Shown here one piece after another: positions 29,236 through 39,222 of a stretch of DNA of 64,000 bases; position 1 is the stretch's first letter; each line of letters starts with the position of its first letter. The stretch is from Candidatus Obscuribacteraceae bacterium (GTDB taxonomy: Bacteria; Cyanobacteriota; Vampirovibrionia; Obscuribacterales; Obscuribacteraceae), in contig JBGAHS010000001.1 of assembly GCA_044226015.1 (NCBI GenBank), positions 1,152,001 through 1,216,000 of the forward strand, read 5' to 3'. Made by a program: the position numbers and the translations under genes. The notes below the pieces were generated by a model. The model did not search any database. It worked only from the letters and a program-made list of their open reading frames with translations, and was not told the DNA's origin.

Positions 29236-29925
29236 CTAGATGCCTCCGTTACTCATGCTCAGTGGGATCGAGTTCGAAGACGGTTGAGTGAAATTGAAGA
29301 AGCCTAACAGGCTGCTCCCGAGCCCTTTCGAGCTAGACGCGCCAAAACCGCTGACAGCAGATCTCAGTCCAGAAATGCCTGTTTGTATCGCTTGATTCTT
29401 TTCAGCTGAGGCTTGCAATCCTTGCTGATAGCCCTGCACTTGTGACTGAAATTGTGATTGAAGAGAATTTGCGAAGCCGCCAAAAGCAGCAGCAGAGCCT
29501 TTGCGAAGCATCTGCAAACCTTCTGCTTCATATAGCGCAGATACCTCTTCCCCTCGGCGCTTGATTGCGTCTGCTTCCTGTTGATTCAATGCGCGGGTTT
29601 CTTCCAATACGCCAAGGGGCGAACCAGCTAGCGTGATACCATTGCTTGCCATTCGCAGAGCTTGCTCTTCCTTTATGGCTCTGCCTTGCCTCTCTTTTTG
29701 CGCTGCATCTTGCAGCGACTGCTCGTAAGCCAGACTTGCCTGCCTGCTCAAAGCATCAGCCTCAGACTTCGCTGCGGCTTGCTCTTCTTGTCCGGAGAGC
29801 ATGTACATTTGCGGAGCAAGCCCCGGACCAGGATTAACACCCTGAGACTTCGCACCGCGCAAGCCACCAATCATTCCGAAAAGCCCTGAAGCCAGACTTA
29901 GACCACCTGCAATTGCTGATACCAT
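29236..29925 (-). CDS. Internal virion protein (T7 gp14-like position)
   Basis: Gly/Ala hydrophobic N-terminus, ASNGITLAGSPL motif; start set at the TAATG overlap with the upstream gene. Confidence 0.6.
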   Translation of the reverse strand: MVSAIAGGLSLASGLFGMIGGLRGAKSQGVNPGPGLAPQMYMLSGQEEQAAAKSEADALSRQASLAYEQSLQDAAQKERQGRAIKEEQALRMASNGITLAGSPLGVLEETRALNQQEADAIKRRGEEVSALYEAEGLQMLRKGSAAAFGGFANSLQSQFQSQVQGYQQGLQASAEKNQAIQTGISGLRSAVSGFGASSSKGLGSSLLGFFNFTQPSSNSIPLSMSNGGI

Positions 29926-30356
29926 TAGTAGATCCCCCAAATCAACATGCTTTTTCCTTCCACTGTGTAATTGGACAAAGTGCCTTCCAATTGAAATCCA
30001 AGAGCCGAAAGCCACCTGCGAGAAAGTTCGGTATCTTCTCCCCAGGTCTGAACCCTTCGATATGAATGCTTGAGATAATGCACCCACCATTTAACGTGCT
30101 CATAGAAACTCTTCGGAAATTGTCTGGCATAAATCGAAGGAAAGATAAATACTTCAGCTACACCAGGAGCTGATTCACACCAACCGCCAATATAAAGAAT
30201 TCTTCCGTCAAGCATGTGTACACCACACTGATCATGCTTGCCTAGCAAAATCAGCTGAGGCATTGTTGCTCGAAAGTCAGCGGCATAATCATCCGCAGGC
30301 GCGAAGATATCTGCGTGACTCTCTCTAAATGGTTTGGTGATCACTTCGCTTTTCAT
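29925..30356 (-). CDS. GNAT-fold virion-associated protein (T7 gp13-like position)
   Basis: RRVQT...RRWLSALGFQLEGTL motif; follows tail tube B. Confidence 0.65.
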   Translation of the reverse strand: MKSEVITKPFRESHADIFAPADDYAADFRATMPQLILLGKHDQCGVHMLDGRILYIGGWCESAPGVAEVFIFPSIYARQFPKSFYEHVKWWVHYLKHSYRRVQTWGEDTELSRRWLSALGFQLEGTLSNYTVEGKSMLIWGIY

Positions 30357-32968
30357 TAGTCGTCCGCCGTATCGAGCATGATATCGAGAGATAGCAGCAA
30401 TTGCGGTGAGGGAATGTCTTGAATCAAGACTACTTGTTTTGTCTGCCGCGTGAAGCTATCTAAAGGTCTTAAATGCTGGACTCCACTGAACAACGCCGTC
30501 GGTCTATCGGTTAGATCATCGACAGTTTTGAAAGTGACTTCTTCGGCATTCCATAATGTAGTGCCGATCTTTGCTCCAACTGTATTGTGGAAACGTGGTA
30601 TCACTTCTCTGATTTTCCGAATCTTCGCTTCTGCAGATCCTCGTTCACCAGCTACATCGAGATTCATAGTCGTAGCGATTCCTCGATACGAGAAGCCTAC
30701 ATGCACTTTGCTTGATTGTGCCGGTAATTGCACTGAGCCATCAGAGGCAACAACAACATCACCGCCAGGTGATCCATCGACTTGCAAGGTGACTTCCTGT
30801 CCTGCTAGATGCAGCATTCCATAAACCTTGTCAGCGGTGAGGAACCACGAGCCAGCGGGAATTGTGTTCGTGTTATCGAAGTCAGAAAGCACGCGACAAA
30901 TGACCTGTGTCACGCCTACTACTCCGGTAATCTCCGCCCGTCCTCCGCCAAAGCCTTTCGAATCGTAAGCTTTCCAGATTTGCCGACCAACCATACTTGA
31001 ATCGAAAAATGCAGCACTGGCTGTGATGTTTATGACATCACCTGTGGTATCAGACGGGGTCATAGTGATCGTGGTAGACAGAGCTGACCCATCATAGGTT
31101 ATGGCTGAATCTACATGAACCGAGTCTTTTAATTGCTCGTAAGTAGCGTCACTGTAGCGCTGAGTGTCGAGAGCCTGAGCATCATAACCTGCCTCTGTAA
31201 AGAAATCTTCTATCTCAGCAAACCTAACAGGCTGAGTCAAATATTCTACTGACCTGTAAGTTTGGGACCCGATCTTCCTTTCAACTATGGCCCACAATAC
31301 CGACTCTTCATTTAACCGCGGCTCTGTTGTTATCGAGATAACTTTAGCTCTTTCTTGGGCGACTCCATTAACCACTGATTGACCCCCAAGGTAATGGCGA
31401 TGCCAACCGAAAATGCTTTCTAGCTCATTGAAGGTTAGCCCGAGCAAAACACCGTCCTGCCTCAAAACCCACAGTAGCCCAGAATCGCCTCTTTGTTGCG
31501 TCAACGCTTGGAAGGTGGAAGCGCCTAGGTGATTGCTAGCTAGGTTTTGGTTGATGGTCACATAGTCATTCGACTGGAAAGCAAATTGAAACGTTTGTAC
31601 ACGCCTGCCTGTAGCATCCAGGTAGAAAATTGATTGCCCACTAGAATATGGTTGAATTGATGCGGCACCAATTGAGTTAATTGGCTTTGCGTTAATTGAG
31701 GTGGGACTGATAGGATCGTCGATCGTTTCACCATGAACACGACGAATAGACGACAGCGCTCCAACGATAATTTGACGATTAACGTTAGCAATCCATTGAA
31801 CAGAATCCATTTTGTTGAACACTGGTGCCAATGTGGTGAACACTGCATCTGTGGCATTCGTGCCCGTAGTAAAGTCATCAAATTGCGTGGCGCCTGTAGT
31901 TGAATTTGGAGCCCGGCTAAAAACCAATCCCGCGGGATTCGCTAACCAGTTTCCGTATCCCAGCCTTGTATCTGTAAAAGCGCAAGTCTTCGGGCAGTTC
32001 TTAGTTGCGATCACGATGCCACCACTCGTGTAAGTGGTAAATGCTGTGGTGTTGAGAGGAGTTCCTGTATCAACATCCTTAAGTGTAAAAGTCGTTCCAG
32101 CTGGGACTGTATTGACTTTGTAACGCTTGAAATTGACTTCAATCATTCCGCCAACGCTTGCGATAAAAACTTCATCGTCTACGGCTAGCCCATGCGCAGC
32201 CGAAGTGGTAAAGACACCAGGATTAGCTTTAGTTATTCCTGAAATGTTCTTTTGTCCGAAAGGATCATTCGTTCGGGCGTAGGTGCTTAAAGACCAGCTG
32301 GTATGTCCCGATCTCGTCAGCTTGAAAGGCGCATATTTTTGGTGAGTGATGTAGATAGTATCTGCGCTCTGCGTAAGGTGCAGCTCGTTTAGATATAGCT
32401 CTTCATAAGGCGTATCGATATTGTAGATCGTGTTAAATATGCCACCAGAGGTATAGGCATTGAATTGGGATGAATCAATATTTTGAAAGAATGGATTTTG
32501 CAATTCAAAAGTGTTCGTAGTCACGTTGGCTACATGAAAGAATTGACCATTCAATTCCTTCATGCCGGCTACGTTCTGAATACATATTTCCTGTCCGTTG
32601 GAAAGCCCATGGCTAGCCGAAGTAACAACAGCTGGGTTCGCTTTTGTAATTGCTGTTATGTTCTTTGTTGAAGAGTCCAAAATGGTTCCAAACTCACGAT
32701 AGAATCGAATCTTTTTGTCAGTCAGCTCAAGCACATAAGTGTCTTTGTCACTGAACGTAAATGAAATGAGCCTGCCGGTCTGACAGCGACGAGTATTATG
32801 GCAATGCTGAAAAGCATTTCTGTATTCAAGCCCGCCCTGTGCAAGAACAACGTAATTTTGGATTCTCTGATTTCCACGTTGATAAATCGGAAGATCAAGA
32901 CGCGCATAAAGCTCAGGCGACAGTTCGCCACCTGAAACATTCAAAAGAACGGTGTTTCCTCTTCCCAT
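30356..32968 (-). CDS. Tail tubular protein B / nozzle with two inserted ITKANP beta domains
   Basis: GGELSPELYARLD, QSADTIYITH, LWVLRQDG, GWHRH, HLAGQEV motifs; 870 aa. Confidence 0.85.
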   Translation of the reverse strand: MGRGNTVLLNVSGGELSPELYARLDLPIYQRGNQRIQNYVVLAQGGLEYRNAFQHCHNTRRCQTGRLISFTFSDKDTYVLELTDKKIRFYREFGTILDSSTKNITAITKANPAVVTSASHGLSNGQEICIQNVAGMKELNGQFFHVANVTTNTFELQNPFFQNIDSSQFNAYTSGGIFNTIYNIDTPYEELYLNELHLTQSADTIYITHQKYAPFKLTRSGHTSWSLSTYARTNDPFGQKNISGITKANPGVFTTSAAHGLAVDDEVFIASVGGMIEVNFKRYKVNTVPAGTTFTLKDVDTGTPLNTTAFTTYTSGGIVIATKNCPKTCAFTDTRLGYGNWLANPAGLVFSRAPNSTTGATQFDDFTTGTNATDAVFTTLAPVFNKMDSVQWIANVNRQIIVGALSSIRRVHGETIDDPISPTSINAKPINSIGAASIQPYSSGQSIFYLDATGRRVQTFQFAFQSNDYVTINQNLASNHLGASTFQALTQQRGDSGLLWVLRQDGVLLGLTFNELESIFGWHRHYLGGQSVVNGVAQERAKVISITTEPRLNEESVLWAIVERKIGSQTYRSVEYLTQPVRFAEIEDFFTEAGYDAQALDTQRYSDATYEQLKDSVHVDSAITYDGSALSTTITMTPSDTTGDVINITASAAFFDSSMVGRQIWKAYDSKGFGGGRAEITGVVGVTQVICRVLSDFDNTNTIPAGSWFLTADKVYGMLHLAGQEVTLQVDGSPGGDVVVASDGSVQLPAQSSKVHVGFSYRGIATTMNLDVAGERGSAEAKIRKIREVIPRFHNTVGAKIGTTLWNAEEVTFKTVDDLTDRPTALFSGVQHLRPLDSFTRQTKQVVLIQDIPSPQLLLSLDIMLDTADD

Positions 32969-32976
32969 TTTGAACC

Positions 32977-33624
32977 TCAGTAAAATCCAGCAACATTAGT
33001 CCAATTGGTGTAACCAAATTCGGCTTGATTTCGTGCGTCCTGGACAGCGGATTCCTCATGCTTGCGGAGAGCTTGCTCTTGTCCATCTACACCAACAGCA
33101 TCCTTCAATTCTTCGGTCAAAAGCTCGTTAAGTAATTGAACTTGTTTGTCCTGTCCAGTTATTCCCTTCGCAGCATCGAGCGCCAACCAGAGAGCAAATA
33201 CTTTTAACGCCAGTGGATCCCACATCGAAAGAAGTGTGATATCCGGAGTGTATGCAATCTGCAATGTGTCAGCCCCAGAGTTGTCGATTGCAATTACCTT
33301 TCGGTAATCAGGCTTCCCTTGATTCAACATTCGGAAATCAATGCGGTCTCCGAATCTTGGCTCACCCACTATCAGTAGTCTAAGAAAATCATCTGGCAAA
33401 GCGTAAGCATCCGAATAGCCCCAGGGAGGTGCTGTCGTTTTGTTGATTGCGGCCCAGGTCTCAGCGAAATTCCAAGGATATCGCCTGAGTACTTCACGAC
33501 GGCATTGGTCAAAACTGCCAACGATATTTTTTCCCGCAGGTGTCTCCGGTCGGTCTGGATTCGTGATTGGACGTTCTCCCAGGAAACCCAAAGCTCTATT
33601 GATCAGAGTCGTTTTGTCCATCAA
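32977..33624 (-). CDS. Tail tubular protein A / adaptor
   Basis: INRALGFLGE..I...RREVLRRYPWNFA...YALPDDFLR. Confidence 0.85.
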   Translation of the reverse strand: MMDKTTLINRALGFLGERPITNPDRPETPAGKNIVGSFDQCRREVLRRYPWNFAETWAAINKTTAPPWGYSDAYALPDDFLRLLIVGEPRFGDRIDFRMLNQGKPDYRKVIAIDNSGADTLQIAYTPDITLLSMWDPLALKVFALWLALDAAKGITGQDKQVQLLNELLTEELKDAVGVDGQEQALRKHEESAVQDARNQAEFGYTNWTNVAGFY

Positions 33625-33660
33625 CTAACACCCATAGTATTACTGGAACAAGTAGATTAT

Positions 33661-33693
33661 AAAGAACCCCCGCTTTTTTGGCGAGGGTTCTTT
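33661..33693 (-). terminator. Intrinsic terminator after capsid/cement genes
   Basis: Minus-strand stem AAGAACCCTCGC/GCGGGGGTTCTT followed by T residues. Confidence 0.6.
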
Positions 33694-33725
33694 TGGTGGA
33701 TCAGGAGATTCGCAGTAAATGCAGT

Positions 33726-34253
33726 TTAGACAGCCATCATGTAGGTGGTTCTGGCAACGAGTGTTCCGCTGCCCGTGCTCTTGGTGGTTGCCTTTAACCC
33801 GATTCGATACTTCGCTCTTCGGGAAGTTTCACCGGCCGCCGGAAACGCTTTGTTAACGTGTCCGGCAAGTTCAAGAACTTTTTTGGTCACGTTCGCTACG
33901 CCAACTGCAGTCATAGCCTGACGAATAGGTGAGCCCGTTGGACCGGTCGGAAGACCTGCTACAGATGACATGTCCATCGCTGAGGCGAGCTGATTACCAG
34001 TTCCGATAACGTTACCCTTCTCATCGTACAGTCCTACGTCAAAGCTGGTACCACCTGTGATGGCGGCGCCTTCCAATGTGATTGATTCAAGCACTGCCTG
34101 ATCTGGCACTTCTGCAATAAGGTAGATAGAGCCATTGTTGTCGCCCGTTGCGATTGTGATAACACGTGCAACTTCAACCATGCGTGCGCCTGAAAACTCT
34201 ACAGCGGACTGTGGATGTCCGTAAGAATTTGCTGGTTCGTTAATTAAGGCCAT
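33726..34253 (-). CDS. Putative capsid cement/decoration protein
   Basis: Directly downstream of the capsid gene with AGGAG RBS; beta-rich (DVGLYD). Confidence 0.6.
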   Translation of the reverse strand: MALINEPANSYGHPQSAVEFSGARMVEVARVITIATGDNNGSIYLIAEVPDQAVLESITLEGAAITGGTSFDVGLYDEKGNVIGTGNQLASAMDMSSVAGLPTGPTGSPIRQAMTAVGVANVTKKVLELAGHVNKAFPAAGETSRRAKYRIGLKATTKSTGSGTLVARTTYMMAV

Positions 34254-34301
34254 TTGTAAAACTCCTTTTAGTGATTAGAGAAAAGAGAGAACGAGAGCCG
34301 C

Positions 34302-35204
34302 TTATGCAGCGACTCTGATCTTCTGGACTCTAGCGCCTTCGGCTCTGAGTGCACACACAGCCATTTCAGCTACGATTTGTGTTGGAGTATTGAACATATC
34401 AGGACGCTTTTCGATTCTGATTGAAACAATACCTTTTGCGAAAACGATGCCGTTTTCTGCGAGAGCCAAGAGCTGACGCTCTCCAGCTGCTGCTACGAGA
34501 AGAGGGTCTTGGCTGGCTGAAGCGTAAGGAACAAGCTTGGTTCCGTATGCTTGACCCATGGTGCCTTTAACCAGCGGCTTCTCCGTGTTATAGTCAAAGC
34601 TGGTGAGCTGAGTTTCGCCCATGAGATTGTTCATGCGCTTGCCGTCAACTGTCAAAGCTACGTTCACTTCAACGTCAGTGGCAACTGCTGCATCCACGAA
34701 GTTTTGCTTTATGGATCTCAGCGTGGAGAGACCGAACCCACCGGTAGCATCAATCGTTTGTCCGCCATCATTTGCGAATGTAACCGGTGTAGCAGATGCG
34801 CCAGACTTACCGACTCGCACGTCTGCGAATGCAGCTTCGTAGATGATTTTGTCACGTCTGCGCATCAAGGCGTTAACGCAACCTTCAGCCAATTCAGGAT
34901 TAGGATCTCTCTTGAGTTTTTCAAGATCCTTTCCATCAACGCCAACAGCAACTGCGAAGAAGCGAGGCGCCATCCATCTGCGATCCCATGCGGCATCGGT
35001 AAGCTGGATTGGCTTGAATCGTTCTACGATTTCTTGGTCTGCAAGCAAACCGAAGCGGTCATATGCAAAGTCTTCACCATTGAAGTCAACCATTTTGACA
35101 TAAGGGATCAACTTCGAAAATTTTTCTTGGGCGAGCACGTGAACTTGCTTGCCGAATTCAACTACGTACTGAGTATCAAGATTCTCATAAGGAACGGTAG
35201 ACAT
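34302..35204 (-). CDS. Major capsid protein
   Basis: YVVEF...LAQEKFSKL, ALMRRRDKII, TSFDYN..KPLVKG, IEKRPD; follows scaffold. Confidence 0.85.
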   Translation of the reverse strand: MSTVPYENLDTQYVVEFGKQVHVLAQEKFSKLIPYVKMVDFNGEDFAYDRFGLLADQEIVERFKPIQLTDAAWDRRWMAPRFFAVAVGVDGKDLEKLKRDPNPELAEGCVNALMRRRDKIIYEAAFADVRVGKSGASATPVTFANDGGQTIDATGGFGLSTLRSIKQNFVDAAVATDVEVNVALTVDGKRMNNLMGETQLTSFDYNTEKPLVKGTMGQAYGTKLVPYASASQDPLLVAAAGERQLLALAENGIVFAKGIVSIRIEKRPDMFNTPTQIVAEMAVCALRAEGARVQKIRVAA

Positions 35205-35372
35205 AGCAAAAGTACCTCGAAAAAACGAGTGTGAATCGTGTTTTTCGAAGCACTCCCCGATATTTTTATTCGGATGCTTCTTGCGGGACTACCGCCATGA
35301 GATCCAGATCCAATTACGGGTTGTCTGATCTGCTATAACGAATAGCAAGCAAAAAATCTTTTGTCAAACGAT

Positions 35373-36278
35373 TTATTTTGAAAAGATTTGCGCGCCCTTT
35401 TCTTTCAACTGTTTCATTTCTTGTTGAGCTTGAAAATATTCAGGGCTTCCAGGTGCAGCTGCTCTCTGCTTGGCGAAGATTCGCGCATACTCATCTCCGT
35501 ACTCTGCGGAAGTCATGTGCTGACTTGCGCGGGGCACGCCTAAGTCTAGGCGATCTTCTCTGATATATTTTTTTGCAAAAGCTTCGTACTGCTCAGCAAG
35601 GATAACTTTCACTGATGGATCGAGACCCTGCAAGACGGCTGCCTGCTCTTTTGAGAGCAAGCTGTTTACGGAACCATTCCAGGTGTCGAGAACCTGGTTG
35701 CTCTTATCTCCAAATTTTTGTTTGAAGCCGTTTTCCAATGCGGACAAAGTTGAATTCACATTCTCAACAGATTTTTGTAGCTCACCCATGTAGTACTTAT
35801 CAAAGGCTTCAGCCATGATCTGAAATCCTTTTGGAGTCAAGCCAGCCTTCATTCCGGCTTCTCGCATTGCTGATAGCAATTGATCGTCTTGCGCAAAATA
35901 TTGCTTTAGATTTTCAGGTACTTCCGGCGCCTTATACTCATATTTGTCCGCGGACTCGGGCACCCCTATCGCCTTGTGGAAGGCTGACCATTCTTCTGGG
36001 GTTGCGTTGTCACCTGGCACTCTAAGACCTTCGGCTTTTCTGCCGACCAGACTCATTTGATTGTCATAAGCCTTGGCGAGTTCACCCCACGGATCAGCAG
36101 TCTTTGCGAAGTTTGAAACCCATTCTTTTTGCGAATAGGCTTCTGGAACGGATTGCAGAAATTTTGTTGCAGCTTCTGATTGCTGTTGCTGTGGAGCTGG
36201 GGGTGTTGGTTTGTCGATATCGACTCCATAACTAAATCCCGCAGTTGTAGCTGTTGGCGCTGCTGTACCTTCAGTCAT
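35373..36278 (-). CDS. Capsid assembly scaffolding protein
   Basis: LAKAY...VPGDNATPEEWSAFHKAIGVPESADKY...GLTPK pattern; between portal and capsid genes. Confidence 0.8.
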   Translation of the reverse strand: MTEGTAAPTATTAGFSYGVDIDKPTPPAPQQQQSEAATKFLQSVPEAYSQKEWVSNFAKTADPWGELAKAYDNQMSLVGRKAEGLRVPGDNATPEEWSAFHKAIGVPESADKYEYKAPEVPENLKQYFAQDDQLLSAMREAGMKAGLTPKGFQIMAEAFDKYYMGELQKSVENVNSTLSALENGFKQKFGDKSNQVLDTWNGSVNSLLSKEQAAVLQGLDPSVKVILAEQYEAFAKKYIREDRLDLGVPRASQHMTSAEYGDEYARIFAKQRAAAPGSPEYFQAQQEMKQLKEKGAQIFSK

Positions 36279-36585
36279 AATCTAATTGAACCTCCTGCTG
36301 TTTTTGCATCATTTCGCGCAAGATTGAATCAGCTTGCAATTGATGCTCCCTAATCTCGTGGTGCTCGATCAAACTCAGTTTGTCGACCGGAATAAAGTTT
36401 CGGATTGTCAACCAAACATCTCTTCTTGCTGCGTCTTCTAAAGACATTGTTGACTTATTCCAGCCTGTCAGTCTGACTAGCCAGCGCAACAGAGTTATAC
36501 CAGCATCACTTTTAGAAACGGCTTCAAGAGTGTATTTCTTCTCCAAGTACTCGTCAGAGAGCGTGTTCTCATGCAACTGATCCAA
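36271..36585 (-). CDS. Small head-module protein
   Basis: Overlaps portal stop and scaffold start; G..LL.WL...EDAARRDVWL.I. Confidence 0.6.
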   Translation of the reverse strand: MDQLHENTLSDEYLEKKYTLEAVSKSDAGITLLRWLVRLTGWNKSTMSLEDAARRDVWLTIRNFIPVDKLSLIEHHEIREHQLQADSILREMMQKQQEVQLDYD

Positions 36586-38293
36586 AATCTTTTACTCCCT
36601 TTGCTGCGTCTTTGAATGCAGCAGCCCCGGCAGAAGCTGCCTGCAATTGATTGACTTCTTGCGCCTGCTGAGACTGCGCTTGTCTCATTCTCTGAACTTC
36701 CGCAGGTGATTTCATTGTCTTCTGGCTTGCTCCGGACAAACGCTGATAGCCTCTTAGCGTCTCGTCGAAATTCATATTGTCCAAAACGTTCGGCTGTAAT
36801 TGAGCCAGACCGCCAGCGAAGCCTGTCAGTTTTTCTAGTCCCTGCGCTTCTTCAAGCTTCATAAGCCTAGCCGCTGGGCAGATGAAATTGATTCGATACC
36901 CTTTGAGTCCTGAAGAGCGTTTCGATATGAAATCTTGAGAAATATATTTTGGCTGCAGTCCTAGCATTTGCATTTGCATGTCTTGCTTGCTGCCACGAAT
37001 CACACCAAACATTCCCATTTGAAGCATGATGTTGAATGAACGATCCAGAAATGGACTAATCAATTCAAGCAGGATCCTAATCAATGGTGGCGCCGCCATG
37101 TACATTCTCAGCTCATTGCGAATATTGGCTTCGCCAAGTGTTTGCCTCGATCTGTTGTTCAAGTCACTCAACAGGTCGAGCATGAAGTATTGCATAACGT
37201 TGTCTCTGAGATCTGAGATACGTTGCTGCGCCCAGGACGGATTTGCCACCGTTATGATTGGCTCTATTGGCGCTCTACCATTTTGCAATCTTCCTGCATT
37301 GTGGACCGCAATCTGTGCGCCTGGATACCATGGGATTTTCCCTGCACCGAGAACATCTTCTGAAGAGACCATCTTTGGTGGATTGAGTCCCATCTCACCA
37401 GCCTTTTCAAAAATTTCTACAAGCTTATTTAGAGCGCGAATATCCGGCAATGCATCCATCGCGGGTGAGCGTCCTTGGATTTCTCCCTGGTTTTTCCAGA
37501 ATCGAAAAACGATGATCGGCATTTCGTCATAGCCAGATTCTTGCAAGAGCTGCTTTTGATCGATCTCGATGTGAATACTTGCAAATGCTGAATCTAAGTT
37601 GCCCAGCTTGAGTGGGTTTCGCTCTCTTCGTGGTTCGATTGCATGAAGTACTTTGACCTTCTCTTCGAACTTGCCACAATCATAAAGTTTTCGGGTTCGT
37701 TCACTGCAATTCTCATACCCGTAACGTTGAACGAGTTTGCCGACCGTGAAGAGCTTCTCCAAATAGACTGTGTCAATTTCGCCCTCATCATTTTCAGCAA
37801 AGCTCATTGTTTTTGCATCGACAGCCTTAGCTCTCACAGGCAAGCTGTAATCGCCTGTTTCGATACATGCCAGTGCCCCGGTGCCGAAGACAACTGCATC
37901 ATTAACCGCTTCAAGAATTGAAGGCATGACACTGGCTCGAGGTAGCGCTAAATTTGTTGGCATGACGTCATTGACGTTGAGCATCATTTCCCATGCATCG
38001 CTAAAGACTTCTTCGTCTTGGCTGATCTGCGGCATGAATTCAAATGACTCGAAAGGATTTGGCCAGATTTGTCCGAGGATAGATGATGCGGTCATGTGAG
38101 CTGCATGGATAGCCGTACTATCAAAAACCTGATTGAACAAAAACGGTCCGTCAGTTTGTTCCGACGTAAAGTATTGCTTGCGCAACAGAACATACTGAGC
38201 CAGCGCTTGATATAGCGGATACCAATGCTGCTTAGCCCGCTTCAAGGTTTCATGTCTGTCCAGTATGTTCTGTACGCGCTTTTCCATTAGCAT
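36569..38293 (-). CDS. Portal (head-tail connector) protein, T7/BPP-1-like
   Basis: FDSTAIHA, FGTG, VLHAIEPR, ESGYDEMP, GRSPAMDALPDIRALN. Confidence 0.9.
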   Translation of the reverse strand: MLMEKRVQNILDRHETLKRAKQHWYPLYQALAQYVLLRKQYFTSEQTDGPFLFNQVFDSTAIHAAHMTASSILGQIWPNPFESFEFMPQISQDEEVFSDAWEMMLNVNDVMPTNLALPRASVMPSILEAVNDAVVFGTGALACIETGDYSLPVRAKAVDAKTMSFAENDEGEIDTVYLEKLFTVGKLVQRYGYENCSERTRKLYDCGKFEEKVKVLHAIEPRRERNPLKLGNLDSAFASIHIEIDQKQLLQESGYDEMPIIVFRFWKNQGEIQGRSPAMDALPDIRALNKLVEIFEKAGEMGLNPPKMVSSEDVLGAGKIPWYPGAQIAVHNAGRLQNGRAPIEPIITVANPSWAQQRISDLRDNVMQYFMLDLLSDLNNRSRQTLGEANIRNELRMYMAAPPLIRILLELISPFLDRSFNIMLQMGMFGVIRGSKQDMQMQMLGLQPKYISQDFISKRSSGLKGYRINFICPAARLMKLEEAQGLEKLTGFAGGLAQLQPNVLDNMNFDETLRGYQRLSGASQKTMKSPAEVQRMRQAQSQQAQEVNQLQAASAGAAAFKDAAKGVKDFGSVA

Positions 38294-38578
38294 TTACCCC
38301 GACAACTTTGTGCCGCTGAGAATTGGATTACCCAACAGACCATTAGCAGAAGTAAGCAGCGTGCCAAGCTTCACTGGGCGCCCGATTTGCTTTTTTATAC
38401 CAGCGTCAATTTGTTGCTGCTGCTGCTGAACGTTTGCAGCTGCCGATTGATTCTGTTGTGCAAGCTGAGCGCTGTATGCTGCTTGCTCAGACGCAAGTGC
38501 TTGCTGTTGCTGCAAGCGTTGCTGCATAAGCTGCATTTCAAACATACTGCTTGAAGGAGCGGGTGGCTTCTTGCTCAT
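38294..38578 (-). CDS. Small Gln-rich protein upstream of portal
   Basis: PPAP start, TLLTSANG...KLSG end, typical for this position. Confidence 0.65.
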   Translation of the reverse strand: MSKKPPAPSSSMFEMQLMQQRLQQQQALASEQAAYSAQLAQQNQSAAANVQQQQQQIDAGIKKQIGRPVKLGTLLTSANGLLGNPILSGTKLSG

Positions 38579-39141
38579 TGAAGAGCCTCCATTCTTGCTG
38601 CGGCGCCAGCACCACGTGGTCGAGGACCAGCAGCTACTGCCACCGGCTCTGGAGCACCTACGATAGTGATAACGTCATCGATCGCCATAATTTCTGCGCT
38701 AATCTTGAGCTGGCTACCCTTTTGCTGCTCAAGCTTGTTTTGCAGGTGTTGTTGACCTTTGGGATCGATTTCGTACAGGATGACTTCATTACGAAGCTCA
38801 TTCGGAGTGTAAAGAAGCGGATTGATAGGCATTCGCCTCTGACCGATATATTTCAAAAGATTGTCATGAGATAAGGCTTTTGGATTTTCGATAGCACTGC
38901 CGTCTAGCTCTCTTGCTTCGACCAGGTCATAGAAATACGTGTCGATCATGTCTGGATAGAGCTTTCTAAGCAGCTCTTTGTAATAAGTGGCGAAGAGTCC
39001 ATTCAGTCCTGGAGCGTCCAAACATTCGCGCTTCATCTTCACTTTCACGTGAAAAGGCTTGGTTATATTCTGATCGCGGATGCCGTCTGGATGCGGTGCG
39101 CGATAGGTGCCTTTGAATTCCGCGAGAATATAATCACTCAT
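38575..39141 (-). CDS. Phage hypothetical protein
   Basis: AGGAGG RBS; overlaps the next start. Confidence 0.65.
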   Translation of the reverse strand: MSDYILAEFKGTYRAPHPDGIRDQNITKPFHVKVKMKRECLDAPGLNGLFATYYKELLRKLYPDMIDTYFYDLVEARELDGSAIENPKALSHDNLLKYIGQRRMPINPLLYTPNELRNEVILYEIDPKGQQHLQNKLEQQKGSQLKISAEIMAIDDVITIVGAPEPVAVAAGPRPRGAGAAARMEALQ

Positions 39142-39222
39142 TACATGAACCTCCTAACAACCCTAATACGATCATGGCTAGTATTTTTACTACAGCCTAT
39201 AACAAGAGCTATCGCCTTGCAA

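Noticed and set aside
34551..35234. 227-aa plus-strand ORF (similarly 40039..40635, 44042..44599, 54054..54614)
   Set aside because: Antisense shadows of well-supported genes with no recognisable motifs.
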